The position numbers and the translations under genes were made by a program. A stretch of DNA of 64,000 bases from a virus: positions 32,001 to 96,000 of IMG/VR virus record IMGVR_UViG_3300034101_003783. One strand, written 5' to 3'. The notes under the pieces are model-generated. The model was given only the letters and a program-made list of their open reading frames with translations. It ran no database searches and had not been told where the DNA came from. Shown in pieces: positions 20,557 through 30,835 of the stretch. Position 1 is the first letter of the stretch. Each line of letters begins with the position of its first letter.

Positions 20557-21549
20557 ATGTCACATTTAAATAATTTGTTAAAAGAAGACAAACCAAAAAA
20601 CACTGGATCAATTATTAGTGCCTTAAAAAAATATAAAGATTCTGCGGTTAGTGAACTTAAAGAAACAAGACTACTTGTAAAAATTTTAATAACCACTACT
20701 AAACAATATTTGAAAAATAAAGATTTTGAATTAAGTGACGAAGAAAAAAAATTTATAAAAGACCAATCTTCAGATATATTAAAATTAATACCCATTATTG
20801 TTTTTCAATTAATACCTGGATCAACTATCGCAACTCCATTTATTTTAAAATTAAGTAAAAAATTAGGAATAACATTAAATAGTAAAGTTCCTGAAAAATA
20901 TAAAGAAAATAAAGAAGTTAAAAGTGATGGTGAAATAGAAGAATTAGTCAATGCGGATGGATCCCCAATAGGATCTAATATACCAATGTTAAAACTAAGT
21001 CATCACCCAAGAAAAACTATGGACCAAACCGCGAGGATGTCTAGAGTTAGTCAGTTTCCTTTTATAAGAGTTTATTATGGAGAATCTAAAGAAGATAAAC
21101 TAGTATTAGATGAAGAAGATATGTCTGGTGCTTTTGGTGATGAAGAGACAAAAAATGATAGAACATACGCTGAATGTATGAGAACCATGAAAAAACTTGG
21201 GGTTAAGGAATTTTTAGAAAGAGACGAAAGATGTAAAACTTTTGGATTTGATAAAAATTTAGACAAACAATTAACATTCCAAAAAAGAAAGGGTAAGTGT
21301 AAAAAATGTTTTACTAGAAAAAGATTATCGGAATTGGAGCAAGAAAAAATAGATGTTTTAATTGATGAGATTGTTTTAAATAAAAAATCAAATTCCGAAG
21401 ATATTGTAAAAAAAGAAAAAGAAGATTTAGGGAATGAAAAACCAATTCTAAAAATAATTCAAAGAAATTTACAATCTATAAAAAAAATTGCAGATAAAGA
21501 AAACATAGGAATAAATAAATTAGTGCAAATTTTAAAAAAAGGTGAATAA
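20557..21549 (+). CDS. Hypothetical protein with a LETM1-like hydrophobic segment
   Basis: DILKLIPIIVFQLIPGSTIATPFILKL resembles the LETM1 core segment. Confidence 0.5.
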   Translation: MSHLNNLLKEDKPKNTGSIISALKKYKDSAVSELKETRLLVKILITTTKQYLKNKDFELSDEEKKFIKDQSSDILKLIPIIVFQLIPGSTIATPFILKLSKKLGITLNSKVPEKYKENKEVKSDGEIEELVNADGSPIGSNIPMLKLSHHPRKTMDQTARMSRVSQFPFIRVYYGESKEDKLVLDEEDMSGAFGDEETKNDRTYAECMRTMKKLGVKEFLERDERCKTFGFDKNLDKQLTFQKRKGKCKKCFTRKRLSELEQEKIDVLIDEIVLNKKSNSEDIVKKEKEDLGNEKPILKIIQRNLQSIKKIADKENIGINKLVQILKKGE

Positions 21550-22003
21550 GGATTTATATGATAAAATAATTTATATACCAAAAGAAATGTTGGACCATTT
21601 AACGGTATGTTTTGAACGTGTTCCTAATTCTGATTCTTCTGTCGAGGGTCACAAAAGAAACGAAGAATTAAGAAATTCAAAATACGCAACCTTTCAACAG
21701 TTAGAAAGAATAGATAATTGGTTTAGATATTATAACGGAAATAAGGAAGACGCTCCTTATATTTTAAATGGTGGAGACACTATGAGAAATTGGGTGACTA
21801 ACACAATAAAAGGTTTAAGAGATAATGATGGTTTTACAAAAAAAATACATAACGATTATATGCCTGAAGAACCTATAGATAAAAATTTTTTAAAAGATTT
21901 GGGTCCATTGGCCAGTCAATTTGATCCAGAGGATAATACAGATAATATAAAAATAAAAGAAAACCTTAACAGGATAAATGATTTAATTAAAAAAATAATT
22001 TAA
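21542..22003 (+). CDS. Hypothetical protein
   Basis: GTG start overlapping the upstream stop. Confidence 0.6.
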   Translation: MNKDLYDKIIYIPKEMLDHLTVCFERVPNSDSSVEGHKRNEELRNSKYATFQQLERIDNWFRYYNGNKEDAPYILNGGDTMRNWVTNTIKGLRDNDGFTKKIHNDYMPEEPIDKNFLKDLGPLASQFDPEDNTDNIKIKENLNRINDLIKKII

Positions 22004-22004
22004 T

Positions 22005-22289
22005 ATGCCAACTTTAGAACCACTTGATTTTAGTCAACCTAACAATTTGTTGTCTAAATATGCAGATCAAGAAAGAAAAAAATTAATACCTAAAAATGAC
22101 TATAAAACAACAAACGAATATTCAGCAACAAATAAAGATGCGTTAAGTGATGGAGACGAAAAAGGTAGAGGTACTGGAACTTTTTTAGATGTAACTAACG
22201 GAGGAACAAAAACAGATATTTTAGAAAGACAATCCGAAATAGTTATAAATAAATACAAACCAACTAACCCATATACTAAACCAACCTAG
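22005..22289 (+). CDS. Hypothetical protein
   Basis: 94-aa ORF in an operon. Confidence 0.55.
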   Translation: MPTLEPLDFSQPNNLLSKYADQERKKLIPKNDYKTTNEYSATNKDALSDGDEKGRGTGTFLDVTNGGTKTDILERQSEIVINKYKPTNPYTKPT

Positions 22290-22672
22290 TGAAACTTTAC
22301 AATTCTTTTAAAGATATTATTGTTGAGGTAGCATCAATATCCTCAATTGTAGACGCAATTAAAAAAAAACGTCGAGTAATTGTGTATTATGATGGTGATG
22401 AACCAGGAGGTAAAGGTTTGAGAATAATTGAACCTGTTTGTTTTGGATACAGTAAAAAAGGAAATCCAGTATTAAGAGCTTGGGATATGGAGGGAGCCTC
22501 ACATAGGGGATATAAGGGTAAAAAACCATTACCTAGTTGGCGGTTATTTAGGGTTGATAAAATTATTGCTTTAAAACCAACAATGGAAAAATTTAACGAA
22601 CCAAGACCAGATTATAATCCTAATGGTGATAAAAGCATGTCAAGAGTTATAATTAATGCGATTTTTGATTAA
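22289..22672 (+). CDS. Stand-alone WYL-domain protein
   Basis: VYY...RIIEPVCFG...LRAW...WRLFRVDKI. Confidence 0.75.
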   Translation: MKLYNSFKDIIVEVASISSIVDAIKKKRRVIVYYDGDEPGGKGLRIIEPVCFGYSKKGNPVLRAWDMEGASHRGYKGKKPLPSWRLFRVDKIIALKPTMEKFNEPRPDYNPNGDKSMSRVIINAIFD

Positions 22673-22691
22673 AAAATAAAATTTAATAAAT

Positions 22692-23294
22692 ATGAATACA
22701 GAACAGGAGTTATTACAAAAACTACAAATATCAAAAAAAATAATGGAGAGACATAATGATATGGGTAGAAGTTCAGTTAAAGAAAGTATAAATAGAAATG
22801 TGGGTGTTGAGGATTTTGAACCTATTAATGGTAAATATAACATCCCCCAAGATTATTTATCAGAACAAGCCGTAAAACAACAACAAGTACAGTATGAAAA
22901 TACTGAAGATAAAATTTTAAATTCTAGATTACCTGATGAAATAAAAAGATTGATGATTGAGCATCCAATACAACAACCTACAAATAATTTAAATTCTTCT
23001 GTTTTATCTGATGAATTGGTTAATAAGGCAACTAGATTAATGAATGTTGATTCTAAAGGTGACTACATTGGTGAAAATAAACAACAAAGACAAATTATAC
23101 AAAATAAAACAAATCAAATTAATGTTGGGGTTGAGGATATAAGAAATATTGTTAGAGAAACTGTTGAGTCTGTTTTAAAAGAAAATGGTCTACTAACAGA
23201 ATCTGAAAGTAAAACTAATGATATTTTTAAATTTAGGGTTGGTCAACACATTTTTGAGGGTAAATTAACAAAAGTAAAAAAAATTACAAAATAA
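22692..23294 (+). CDS. Hypothetical protein (possible head-internal protein)
   Basis: 200 aa with several (L/V)xE motifs (VKE, LSE, LKE, LTE). Confidence 0.6.
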   Translation: MNTEQELLQKLQISKKIMERHNDMGRSSVKESINRNVGVEDFEPINGKYNIPQDYLSEQAVKQQQVQYENTEDKILNSRLPDEIKRLMIEHPIQQPTNNLNSSVLSDELVNKATRLMNVDSKGDYIGENKQQRQIIQNKTNQINVGVEDIRNIVRETVESVLKENGLLTESESKTNDIFKFRVGQHIFEGKLTKVKKITK

Positions 23295-23313
23295 TTTATT
23301 AACTATTAAATTT

Positions 23314-23350
23314 AAACCCTCAATAAATTATTGGGGGTTTTTGTTTTTTT
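23314..23350 (+). terminator. Rho-independent terminator
   Basis: AAACCCTCAATAA/TTATTGGGGGTTT stem plus T-run. Confidence 0.75.
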
Positions 23351-23353
23351 AGG

Positions 23354-23382
23354 TTGATATTCTTATATTAATACAATATATT
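23354..23382 (+). promoter_or_regulatory. Sigma70-like promoter heading the large glycosylation/nucleotide operon
   Basis: TTGATA-N17-TATATT. Confidence 0.55.
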
Positions 23383-23388
23383 TTTACT

Positions 23389-24606
23389 ATGGAAAAAATT
23401 AATGTATTAGTATTACCTTCAGATAAATCTGGTGTTGGTAAGTATAGGTCCGTAGATCCTCATGTTAAACTACAAAACATGTATCCAGATGAGTTTCATG
23501 TTGATATAGATTATCAACCAAACGTAAATGATATAAACTACTTTAAGAAATATCAAATTATCCATTTTCATAGAAGTATTGGTCAAGATTATGAAAAATC
23601 AGTAGAACTTATTAATAAGCTAAAAAGTGAAGGTATTATTGTTATTGGTGATATTGATGATTATTGGTTACCAACAAAAGAGCATCCTATACATCAATTA
23701 ATCGTACAAAATAAAATGCACGAAAAAATTGTATCTAATTTAAAGGCGGCATCTTATGTAACAACTACAACTGAAATTTTTGCAAATGAAATTAGAAAAT
23801 TTAATAAAAATGTTATAGTGTTACCAAACGCAATAGACCCGCAAGATCCTCAATATAATGAACCAACATTACCTTCAGAAAAAATTAGAGTTGGTTGGTT
23901 GGGAGGTTCGTCTCACTTACATGATTTAAAATTATTAGAGGGTATGGTTAGTAAGTTATCTAATCTACAAGAAAAATTACAATTTTATGTTTGTGGGTTT
24001 GACACTAGAGGTGTTGTTACGGAAATAAATAAACAAACAGGTGAAAAAAAACAAAGACCTATTAAACCTGAAGAAACTGTTTGGGTTAAATACGAACAAA
24101 TTTTTACTAACAACTACCAGATAGTATCACCAAAATACAAAGAATTTTTAGATAAATTTAATGATGAAGAATATTTTGGTAGCACAGAAAAAGAAAATTA
24201 CATTAGGGTTTGGACAAGACCGGTTACGTCTTACGCAAAGAACTACTCGAAGTTTGATATATCTTTATCCCCAATTAAAAACCATATTTTTAATAGAATG
24301 AAATCACAATTAAAAGTAATTGAGGCTGGTTTTTATAAAAAAGCGATAATTGCATCTAATGTAGGTCCGTATACTATTGATTTAAAACACGCACTTAAAA
24401 ACGGTCAATTTACTGATGGAAACGCTCTTTTAGTTAATGAAAATAATAACCACAGTGATTGGAGTAAAAATATAAAAAAATTGGTCGAGAACCCTAATAT
24501 GATTACAGACCTTGGGGAAAGATTATATGAATCAGTAAAAGATAAATATGATTTAAATAACGTCACAAAAGAAAGATCTTCATTTTACAAATCACTAATT
24601 AAATAA
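23389..24606 (+). CDS. GT-B (GT4-like) glycosyltransferase
   Basis: DIDDYW, VLPNAID, VGWLGG, KSQLKVIEAG, IASNVGPY. Confidence 0.8.
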   Translation: MEKINVLVLPSDKSGVGKYRSVDPHVKLQNMYPDEFHVDIDYQPNVNDINYFKKYQIIHFHRSIGQDYEKSVELINKLKSEGIIVIGDIDDYWLPTKEHPIHQLIVQNKMHEKIVSNLKAASYVTTTTEIFANEIRKFNKNVIVLPNAIDPQDPQYNEPTLPSEKIRVGWLGGSSHLHDLKLLEGMVSKLSNLQEKLQFYVCGFDTRGVVTEINKQTGEKKQRPIKPEETVWVKYEQIFTNNYQIVSPKYKEFLDKFNDEEYFGSTEKENYIRVWTRPVTSYAKNYSKFDISLSPIKNHIFNRMKSQLKVIEAGFYKKAIIASNVGPYTIDLKHALKNGQFTDGNALLVNENNNHSDWSKNIKKLVENPNMITDLGERLYESVKDKYDLNNVTKERSSFYKSLIK

Positions 24607-24611
24607 AAAAA

Positions 24612-25343
24612 ATGATTAATATACCAATTACAAAAATTTTATTCTTGGATATTGAAACTGTTGGTGGATGTCCTGATTATGAATCTTGTCAAAAGTTTAG
24701 TCCTGAAATTGCAGACCAATATGTAAAATATTATGATTGGTTTAAAAAAAGATTTCCTGAAGATCATATTGAGGTACCAAAAACAAAAATAGAATCGGAT
24801 AAAAGAATGAATGAGGTCTTTAAAAAAAGAGCGGCTCTTGTACCAGAATTTGCAAAAATTGTTTGTGTTTCAGTGGCCTTTGTTTTAGAAAATGGTGAAA
24901 CTAAAAAACAATCTTTTTACGGTGATGACGAGAAAAAATTATTAAAGGAAGTTAGGACTCTTCTTGACCGTTGTGAAAAACTTGGGTTTTTTCTTTGTGG
25001 TCACAATCTAAAAAATTTTGATATTCCAATGTTAGCAAAAAGAATGATCATAAATGGAATTCGTCCCTCAAAAATTCTTCCATCTTATGATACAAAACCT
25101 TGGGAAATAAAGGCAATTGACACAAAAGAAATTTGGCAATATGGAGCGTATACGTCAATAGGATCTTTAGATTTATTATGTTCTTGTTTAAATATCCCAA
25201 CCCCAAAAGATGGTGAAGTTACAGGATCTTCTGTTCACAAATCATACTGGGAAGACCAAAAAATAAAAGAAATTGCGGAATATTGTGAGAAGGATGTTGA
25301 AGTTTTAATTGACGCAATAATGAAATTAAAAAGTTTAGAATAA
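24612..25343 (+). CDS. DEDD 3'-5' exonuclease (PolB-exo-like)
   Basis: LFLDIET, GHNLKNFDIP, YCEKDV. Confidence 0.85.
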   Translation: MINIPITKILFLDIETVGGCPDYESCQKFSPEIADQYVKYYDWFKKRFPEDHIEVPKTKIESDKRMNEVFKKRAALVPEFAKIVCVSVAFVLENGETKKQSFYGDDEKKLLKEVRTLLDRCEKLGFFLCGHNLKNFDIPMLAKRMIINGIRPSKILPSYDTKPWEIKAIDTKEIWQYGAYTSIGSLDLLCSCLNIPTPKDGEVTGSSVHKSYWEDQKIKEIAEYCEKDVEVLIDAIMKLKSLE

Positions 25344-25948
25344 TGAATAAAAATGATTTAAATAAAATTTTATCTCAAACAAAAGATCTTGAGAAATTAT
25401 TTGAGGGTACTGAATTAAACGATGATGTTGAGTTAGATGCTCTTATGAATGAGTATGGTATAGATTTAAATGAATTAGAAAAAGTTTTTACTGATGATAT
25501 ACCAAAAGTTAAAATGAATATTAAACTTATCCATAAAGATGCTATATTACCTAAATTTGCTTATGAAACGGACTCCGGTGTTGATTTATATTCCGTTGAT
25601 GAACACATAATACCACCTATGGGAAGGTCATTAATTTCAACAGGAATTGTAATTGATGTTCCTGAAAACCATGAAATTCAGATTAGATCAAAAAGTGGAT
25701 TGGCATTAAACCAAGGTTTATTTGTTTTAAATTCACCTGGAACTGTAGATCAAGGGTATACGGGCGAAATAAAAGTAATACTATTTAACACAAACAATGA
25801 AGAGTTTAAAATTACAAAAGGAATGAAAGTCGCTCAAGCGGTTTTGTGTCCTGTTGTTTGTGGTAAATGGGTAGATATTGTAAAAGTTTCTGAAGTAGAA
25901 AATAAAGATAGGTCTAACAATGGGTTTGGAAGTACAGGATTAATTTAA
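25343..25948 (+). CDS. dut: Trimeric dUTPase with an N-terminal extension
   Basis: SGVDL, RSKSG, GTVDQGYTGE, AQAV, RSNNGFGSTG. Confidence 0.92.
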   Translation: MNKNDLNKILSQTKDLEKLFEGTELNDDVELDALMNEYGIDLNELEKVFTDDIPKVKMNIKLIHKDAILPKFAYETDSGVDLYSVDEHIIPPMGRSLISTGIVIDVPENHEIQIRSKSGLALNQGLFVLNSPGTVDQGYTGEIKVILFNTNNEEFKITKGMKVAQAVLCPVVCGKWVDIVKVSEVENKDRSNNGFGSTGLI

Positions 25949-25954
25949 ATTTAA

Positions 25955-26650
25955 ATGGTCACAGTTTATACAGTAACTTATAACGAAGAGTTAATTATTG
26001 AGTTTTTTATAAATCACTATAGAGAAAATTTTCCAAACTGTAAAATTGTAATATTTGATAACTATTCAACAGACAAAACTGTAGAAATCGCAAAATCATT
26101 TGGTTGTTGTGTAATATTTTTTGATACTAATAATAAGTTTTCAGATAAAAAACATATTGAAATAAAAAATAGTTGCTGGAAAGATTCTGAAACTGAATGG
26201 GTTGTTGTGTGTGATTGTGATGAACTAATCCAAATTAATGAAGAACAATTAAAAAAAGAACAAAAAAACGGACATACAATCTTCAAATTTAACGGATATA
26301 ATTTAATGAATCATAATGATGGTAACTTAGAAGATATTTCCTATGGGTGGCCTGATGAAGGGTACGACAAAATTTTATTATTTAATAAAACAAAAATTAA
26401 AGAAATAAACTACAATTATGGTTGTCACGAATCAAATCCGGTTGGGATTTTAAACTATTGTAAAAATTATAACATGTTTCACTATAATTTTTTGGGTAAA
26501 AATTATACAATTAATAGATATAAAAATTTTTCAGAAAGACTATCTGAAGAAAATATAGAACTAAGGTTAGGTTATCACTATTTTAGTGATGAACAAGAAA
26601 TTAATAAATTATACGATAATAATAAAGGATTTTTAATTAAGTTAAAATGA
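25955..26650 (+). CDS. GT2-like glycosyltransferase
   Basis: TYNEE, DNYSTD, DCDE. Confidence 0.8.
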   Translation: MVTVYTVTYNEELIIEFFINHYRENFPNCKIVIFDNYSTDKTVEIAKSFGCCVIFFDTNNKFSDKKHIEIKNSCWKDSETEWVVVCDCDELIQINEEQLKKEQKNGHTIFKFNGYNLMNHNDGNLEDISYGWPDEGYDKILLFNKTKIKEINYNYGCHESNPVGILNYCKNYNMFHYNFLGKNYTINRYKNFSERLSEENIELRLGYHYFSDEQEINKLYDNNKGFLIKLK

Positions 26651-28158
26651 TAACAATAATATATTCAACACATAAAGATTTAGAATATAATTCTAAATTT
26701 AAACAACATCTATTACAAACATCTGGAGTTGATGGGATTCAAATATTAGAATATGTCAATTATAACAAATTTTCATTATCTCAGGTATATAATATCGGAA
26801 TTACTGAATCAATACATGATATAATTGTTTGTTGTCATAATGATATTAAATTAGAAAAAAATTGGGGTAAAAAATTATTAAAAGATTATGAAGATAATTT
26901 AGATTACGGAATAATAGGTAAAGCAGGATCTTGTTATTTCCCAAAATCTGGAATCTATTGGGAAAAACTATCTCAAACAATGGTGGGTCAAGTGTATCAT
27001 TTTCCCCCTAAACAGAAAAAATTTTTAAGTAGATATTCTCCAAAATTACCATTTCTAATACCTGTAGTTACTATTGATGGTCTTTTTATTTCTTTTAACA
27101 AAAATAAAATAAAACATAAATTTGATGAAACTTTTGGTAAATTTCATTTTTATGATCATGGATTTTGTATACCAAACTATATAGATGGAGTTAAGATTGG
27201 AGTTACTTCTTCTTTTGAAATTACTCATGAGTCTATTGGACAACCAAATAAAGAATTTTGGGAATCAAAAGATTTATTTTTAAAAAAATGGGGAGATAAA
27301 TTACCAATTGATCTTAAACCAAAATTTATATTTGCACCAAAAATAAAAAGACAAGAATTTAAAAAATTTGGTAAAGTTGCAATTATCATACCAACAAAAA
27401 ATAAATCCGAAATGTTAATTGAATGTTTAGAGTCCTATTTATTAAATTGTGATAATAATGTTTTTGATATTTTTATTGCCGATACAGGTTCATCAGAAGA
27501 GGAAAAAAATAAAATAAAATATTTTATAAAAAATTATAATAATATAAATTTAATTGAGTTTGATTACTATAATTTTGGTAAAATAAACAATGAGGTCGTA
27601 AGAAATGAAATTGGGGACTCATACGAATTTTTATTATTTTCAAATAACGATATTAAAATAATGAACGATGTTATAAGCGGCATGTTACAAATCTTTAAAG
27701 AAAATCCAAGAACAGGGACTGTTGGATGTAGGTTACACTTTGAAGACAATACTATACAACACGACGGCATTTTAATTGCAAAACATAAAAATGATAACAA
27801 ACTACATTTAGGTCATATAAATATGAAAAATTACTATAACTATTTTAACGAAACAAAAGAAGTTATTGGGAATACCGCAGGTCTAATGATGGTAAGAAAA
27901 AATGTCTTTGAAAAAGTTGGGTATTTTAATGAAAACTATGTTTCATGTTTTGAAGATGTTGAATTAAATATAAAATTAATATCTATGGGATTAAAAAATT
28001 TTATTAGTAGTAAATCTGTTGCTTACCATTATGAATCACAAACAAGAAAAGAAGATTTAGATTATGAAAAAAAATTAGTTAACGATTATAACACTACTTT
28101 ATTACCGGTACTTAAAGAAAATATAGAAAAAATAAAAGATAAAATAATTATAGTTTAA
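26647..28158 (+). CDS. Two-domain GT2 glycosyltransferase
   Basis: CCHNDI, FHFYD; second domain IIIPTKN, DTGS, NND, FEDVE, HYESQTR. Confidence 0.85.
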   Translation: MITIIYSTHKDLEYNSKFKQHLLQTSGVDGIQILEYVNYNKFSLSQVYNIGITESIHDIIVCCHNDIKLEKNWGKKLLKDYEDNLDYGIIGKAGSCYFPKSGIYWEKLSQTMVGQVYHFPPKQKKFLSRYSPKLPFLIPVVTIDGLFISFNKNKIKHKFDETFGKFHFYDHGFCIPNYIDGVKIGVTSSFEITHESIGQPNKEFWESKDLFLKKWGDKLPIDLKPKFIFAPKIKRQEFKKFGKVAIIIPTKNKSEMLIECLESYLLNCDNNVFDIFIADTGSSEEEKNKIKYFIKNYNNINLIEFDYYNFGKINNEVVRNEIGDSYEFLLFSNNDIKIMNDVISGMLQIFKENPRTGTVGCRLHFEDNTIQHDGILIAKHKNDNKLHLGHINMKNYYNYFNETKEVIGNTAGLMMVRKNVFEKVGYFNENYVSCFEDVELNIKLISMGLKNFISSKSVAYHYESQTRKEDLDYEKKLVNDYNTTLLPVLKENIEKIKDKIIIV

Positions 28159-28160
28159 AT

Positions 28161-28811
28161 ATGGCAAATGGAATATATAAAATAACAGAAGAGTTTGAGC
28201 AGGCACTTTCTAATTACACTTGTGCCCCTTATGTTATAACAGTTGATAATCAATCTAATGCATTATTTTTGTCGTTATATTATGAAAAAAATATAAAAAA
28301 ATCTATAGATGTAGACACAATTACAATACCATCAAGAACGTACCCATCTGTTCCTTGTGAAATAATTCATGCAGGATTAAATGTTAATTTTAAATCGGTT
28401 GAGGGTAAAACTTTAAAAGGGTCTTACAATTTAGAGGGTAGTAATGTTTGGGATTCGGCATTAAGCTTTACTTATAATATGTATAAACCAAATACACACA
28501 TGTGTGTTTCATTTACTGGCCCCTATAAGCATTTTAAATTATCAAAAGGAGGAGCAATTTTAACTGACGATCATGATGCATATCTTTGGTTTAAAAGAGC
28601 CAGATATAGTGGAAGGAGAGAATGTTCATACCATGATGATAATTTTGATATGTTAGGTTGGAACTTTTATATGATGCCTGAGTTAGCATCAAGAGGTTTG
28701 TTATTAATGAATCAATTTTATAAAGGAGAAACCCCAAAACATAATGAAGATATAGAAATGCCATATCCAGACCTATCTAAATTTGAAATTTATACGAAAA
28801 AAAATATATGA
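28161..28811 (+). CDS. DegT/DnrJ-family PLP sugar aminotransferase (short form)
   Basis: FEQAL, WDSA, SF-x4-K...GGAILTDD, GWNFYM. Confidence 0.75.
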   Translation: MANGIYKITEEFEQALSNYTCAPYVITVDNQSNALFLSLYYEKNIKKSIDVDTITIPSRTYPSVPCEIIHAGLNVNFKSVEGKTLKGSYNLEGSNVWDSALSFTYNMYKPNTHMCVSFTGPYKHFKLSKGGAILTDDHDAYLWFKRARYSGRRECSYHDDNFDMLGWNFYMMPELASRGLLLMNQFYKGETPKHNEDIEMPYPDLSKFEIYTKKNI

Positions 28812-29566
28812 AGACGTGTATATCAACTAGATTTGATAGATATAATATATTTTTTGATTTGTGGTTAAAAAACTATTTGAATTATAATTTAGATATTATA
28901 ATTTTTTTAGACGGAGAAGTTACTGAGATAGTAAATAAAGTTAATGAATTAAAAAATTTAGGTATTAAAATTTCAGTGATAGAGTTAAAAAATAAAGAAA
29001 ATATCTATAAAATAGATAATATAAAATTTTTTAACGGTATATTTAACATTTTATATAATGATTATAAATATGAAAAAATTATTTATATTGATCCTGACGA
29101 GTTAATATTAGTTGATGATATTAACATTATTTTAAATAACCAAGATGATTTTTTGATTTCAAAAGGATTTGAAATAATTCAATATAAAAATGAAGAGTTT
29201 TATGATTTAAATAAAAATTTTTTAGGTCAAAGAAATTTTGGTAAATGGACTCATGAATATGATAAAGTTTGCGTTTTTAAAAAAAATATTTTTCCCAAAA
29301 GTCAAGGTAGACATGGTTATAACATATCACATGGACCATCTATAATAGAAAAAAAATACATTTATTTAATTAATTTAAGAGAAATTTGTTTTTTAACTTT
29401 ATTAGAAAACAGCGAAATAAATTTAAAAAAATATGCAACAAATCATAAACATCATTCTTTAAGTTCATTTAAAGAAATAAATGATAGGATGGAAAAGTGG
29501 TATTACCCAAATTCAATAGAAATCCCAACAGATATAAAAAAAATTATTATAAAACATAGTATATGA
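28808..29566 (+). CDS. Putative GT-A glycosyltransferase
   Basis: IYIDPDE DxD motif; cluster context. Confidence 0.5.
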   Translation: MKTCISTRFDRYNIFFDLWLKNYLNYNLDIIIFLDGEVTEIVNKVNELKNLGIKISVIELKNKENIYKIDNIKFFNGIFNILYNDYKYEKIIYIDPDELILVDDINIILNNQDDFLISKGFEIIQYKNEEFYDLNKNFLGQRNFGKWTHEYDKVCVFKKNIFPKSQGRHGYNISHGPSIIEKKYIYLINLREICFLTLLENSEINLKKYATNHKHHSLSSFKEINDRMEKWYYPNSIEIPTDIKKIIIKHSI

Positions 29567-30267
29567 AAAAAATAGCAATAATGCAACCTTATTTTATGCC
29601 ATACATTGGGTATTTTCAGTTGATAAATTCTGTTGATGAGTTTATAATATATGACAATATCCAATATACAAAAAAGGGTTGGATTAATAGAAATAGAATT
29701 TTATCAAATGGTTCAGATAAGATAATAACTTTACCATTAAAAAATGGGTCAACTTACTCAAATGTAGTTGAGAGGTTTGTATCAGATACTTGGGATGTAG
29801 ATAAACAAAAACTTATTACCCTAATAAATAATAGTTACAAAAAAGCTGATCATTTTTCAGAAGTTTTTGATTTAATTTATAATTGTATAAATTTTAAAGA
29901 AAATAATCTTTTTAATTTCATATATAATAGTATATCTAACATAAATGATTATTTAGATATTAAAACCCCAATAATATTGTCATCTTCATTAGATATAGAC
30001 CATAATTTAAAATCCCAAGAAAAGGTCTTAGCGATTTGTAAAAATAGAAAAACAGAAGTTTATATAAATTCAATAGGAGGAATAAATTTATATGATAAAG
30101 AAACGTTTAAAAAAAATAAAATAGACTTATTATTTATTAAGACAAATCCGATAGATTACAAACAATTTGATAATAAATTTATACCTTGGTTGTCTATAAT
30201 TGACGTACTTATGTTCAATTCAAAAGAAAAAATAAAAAATTTATTAGACGAATATACATTAACTTAA
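29563..30267 (+). CDS. WbqC-family protein
   Basis: AIMQPYFMPYIGYFQLI, WINRNRI, LSIIDVLM. Confidence 0.9.
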   Translation: MKKIAIMQPYFMPYIGYFQLINSVDEFIIYDNIQYTKKGWINRNRILSNGSDKIITLPLKNGSTYSNVVERFVSDTWDVDKQKLITLINNSYKKADHFSEVFDLIYNCINFKENNLFNFIYNSISNINDYLDIKTPIILSSSLDIDHNLKSQEKVLAICKNRKTEVYINSIGGINLYDKETFKKNKIDLLFIKTNPIDYKQFDNKFIPWLSIIDVLMFNSKEKIKNLLDEYTLT

Positions 30268-30278
30268 AAATAAAAAAA

Positions 30279-30830
30279 ATGGAACATTTTTATCAAAAAA
30301 TTCATGGGTGGTTTACATACCCTAATTTATACTTACATGCGATTGAATCTTCACCTGATAATGGTCATTTTGTTGAGGTTGGGTCATGGAAAGGAAGAAG
30401 CGCGGCTTTTATGGGAGTCGAGATTATAAAATCAGGAAAAAAAATTAAATTAGATTGTATAGATCCTTTTTTAAGTGTTGGTGATGAAATGCCTCAGTAT
30501 AAAATAACACACGAAGAACTAAAGAATGATTTTATTAATAACATGAAACCTTTAGAAAATTATTACAAATTATATACAACAGGTTCTCCAGAGATAACTA
30601 AAATTTACGAAGACAAATCTTTAGACTTTGTCTTTATTGATGGAAGTCATAAATATGATGATGTTGTAAACGACATTAAGGCTTGGTTACCTAAAATTAA
30701 ACATGGAGGTATTTTAGCGGGTCATGACTATATTGATTTTGATGATGTGAAAAGAGCCGTTCATGATGTTTTAGGTGAGAAAGATTATTCTGATCCTTGG
30801 GGTAATAGGTGTTGGATATTAAATTGTTAG
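30279..30830 (+). CDS. Class I SAM methyltransferase (Methyltransf_24-like)
   Basis: VEVGSWKGRS, FIDGSH, GHDY. Confidence 0.85.
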   Translation: MEHFYQKIHGWFTYPNLYLHAIESSPDNGHFVEVGSWKGRSAAFMGVEIIKSGKKIKLDCIDPFLSVGDEMPQYKITHEELKNDFINNMKPLENYYKLYTTGSPEITKIYEDKSLDFVFIDGSHKYDDVVNDIKAWLPKIKHGGILAGHDYIDFDDVKRAVHDVLGEKDYSDPWGNRCWILNC

Positions 30831-30835
30831 TAAAT

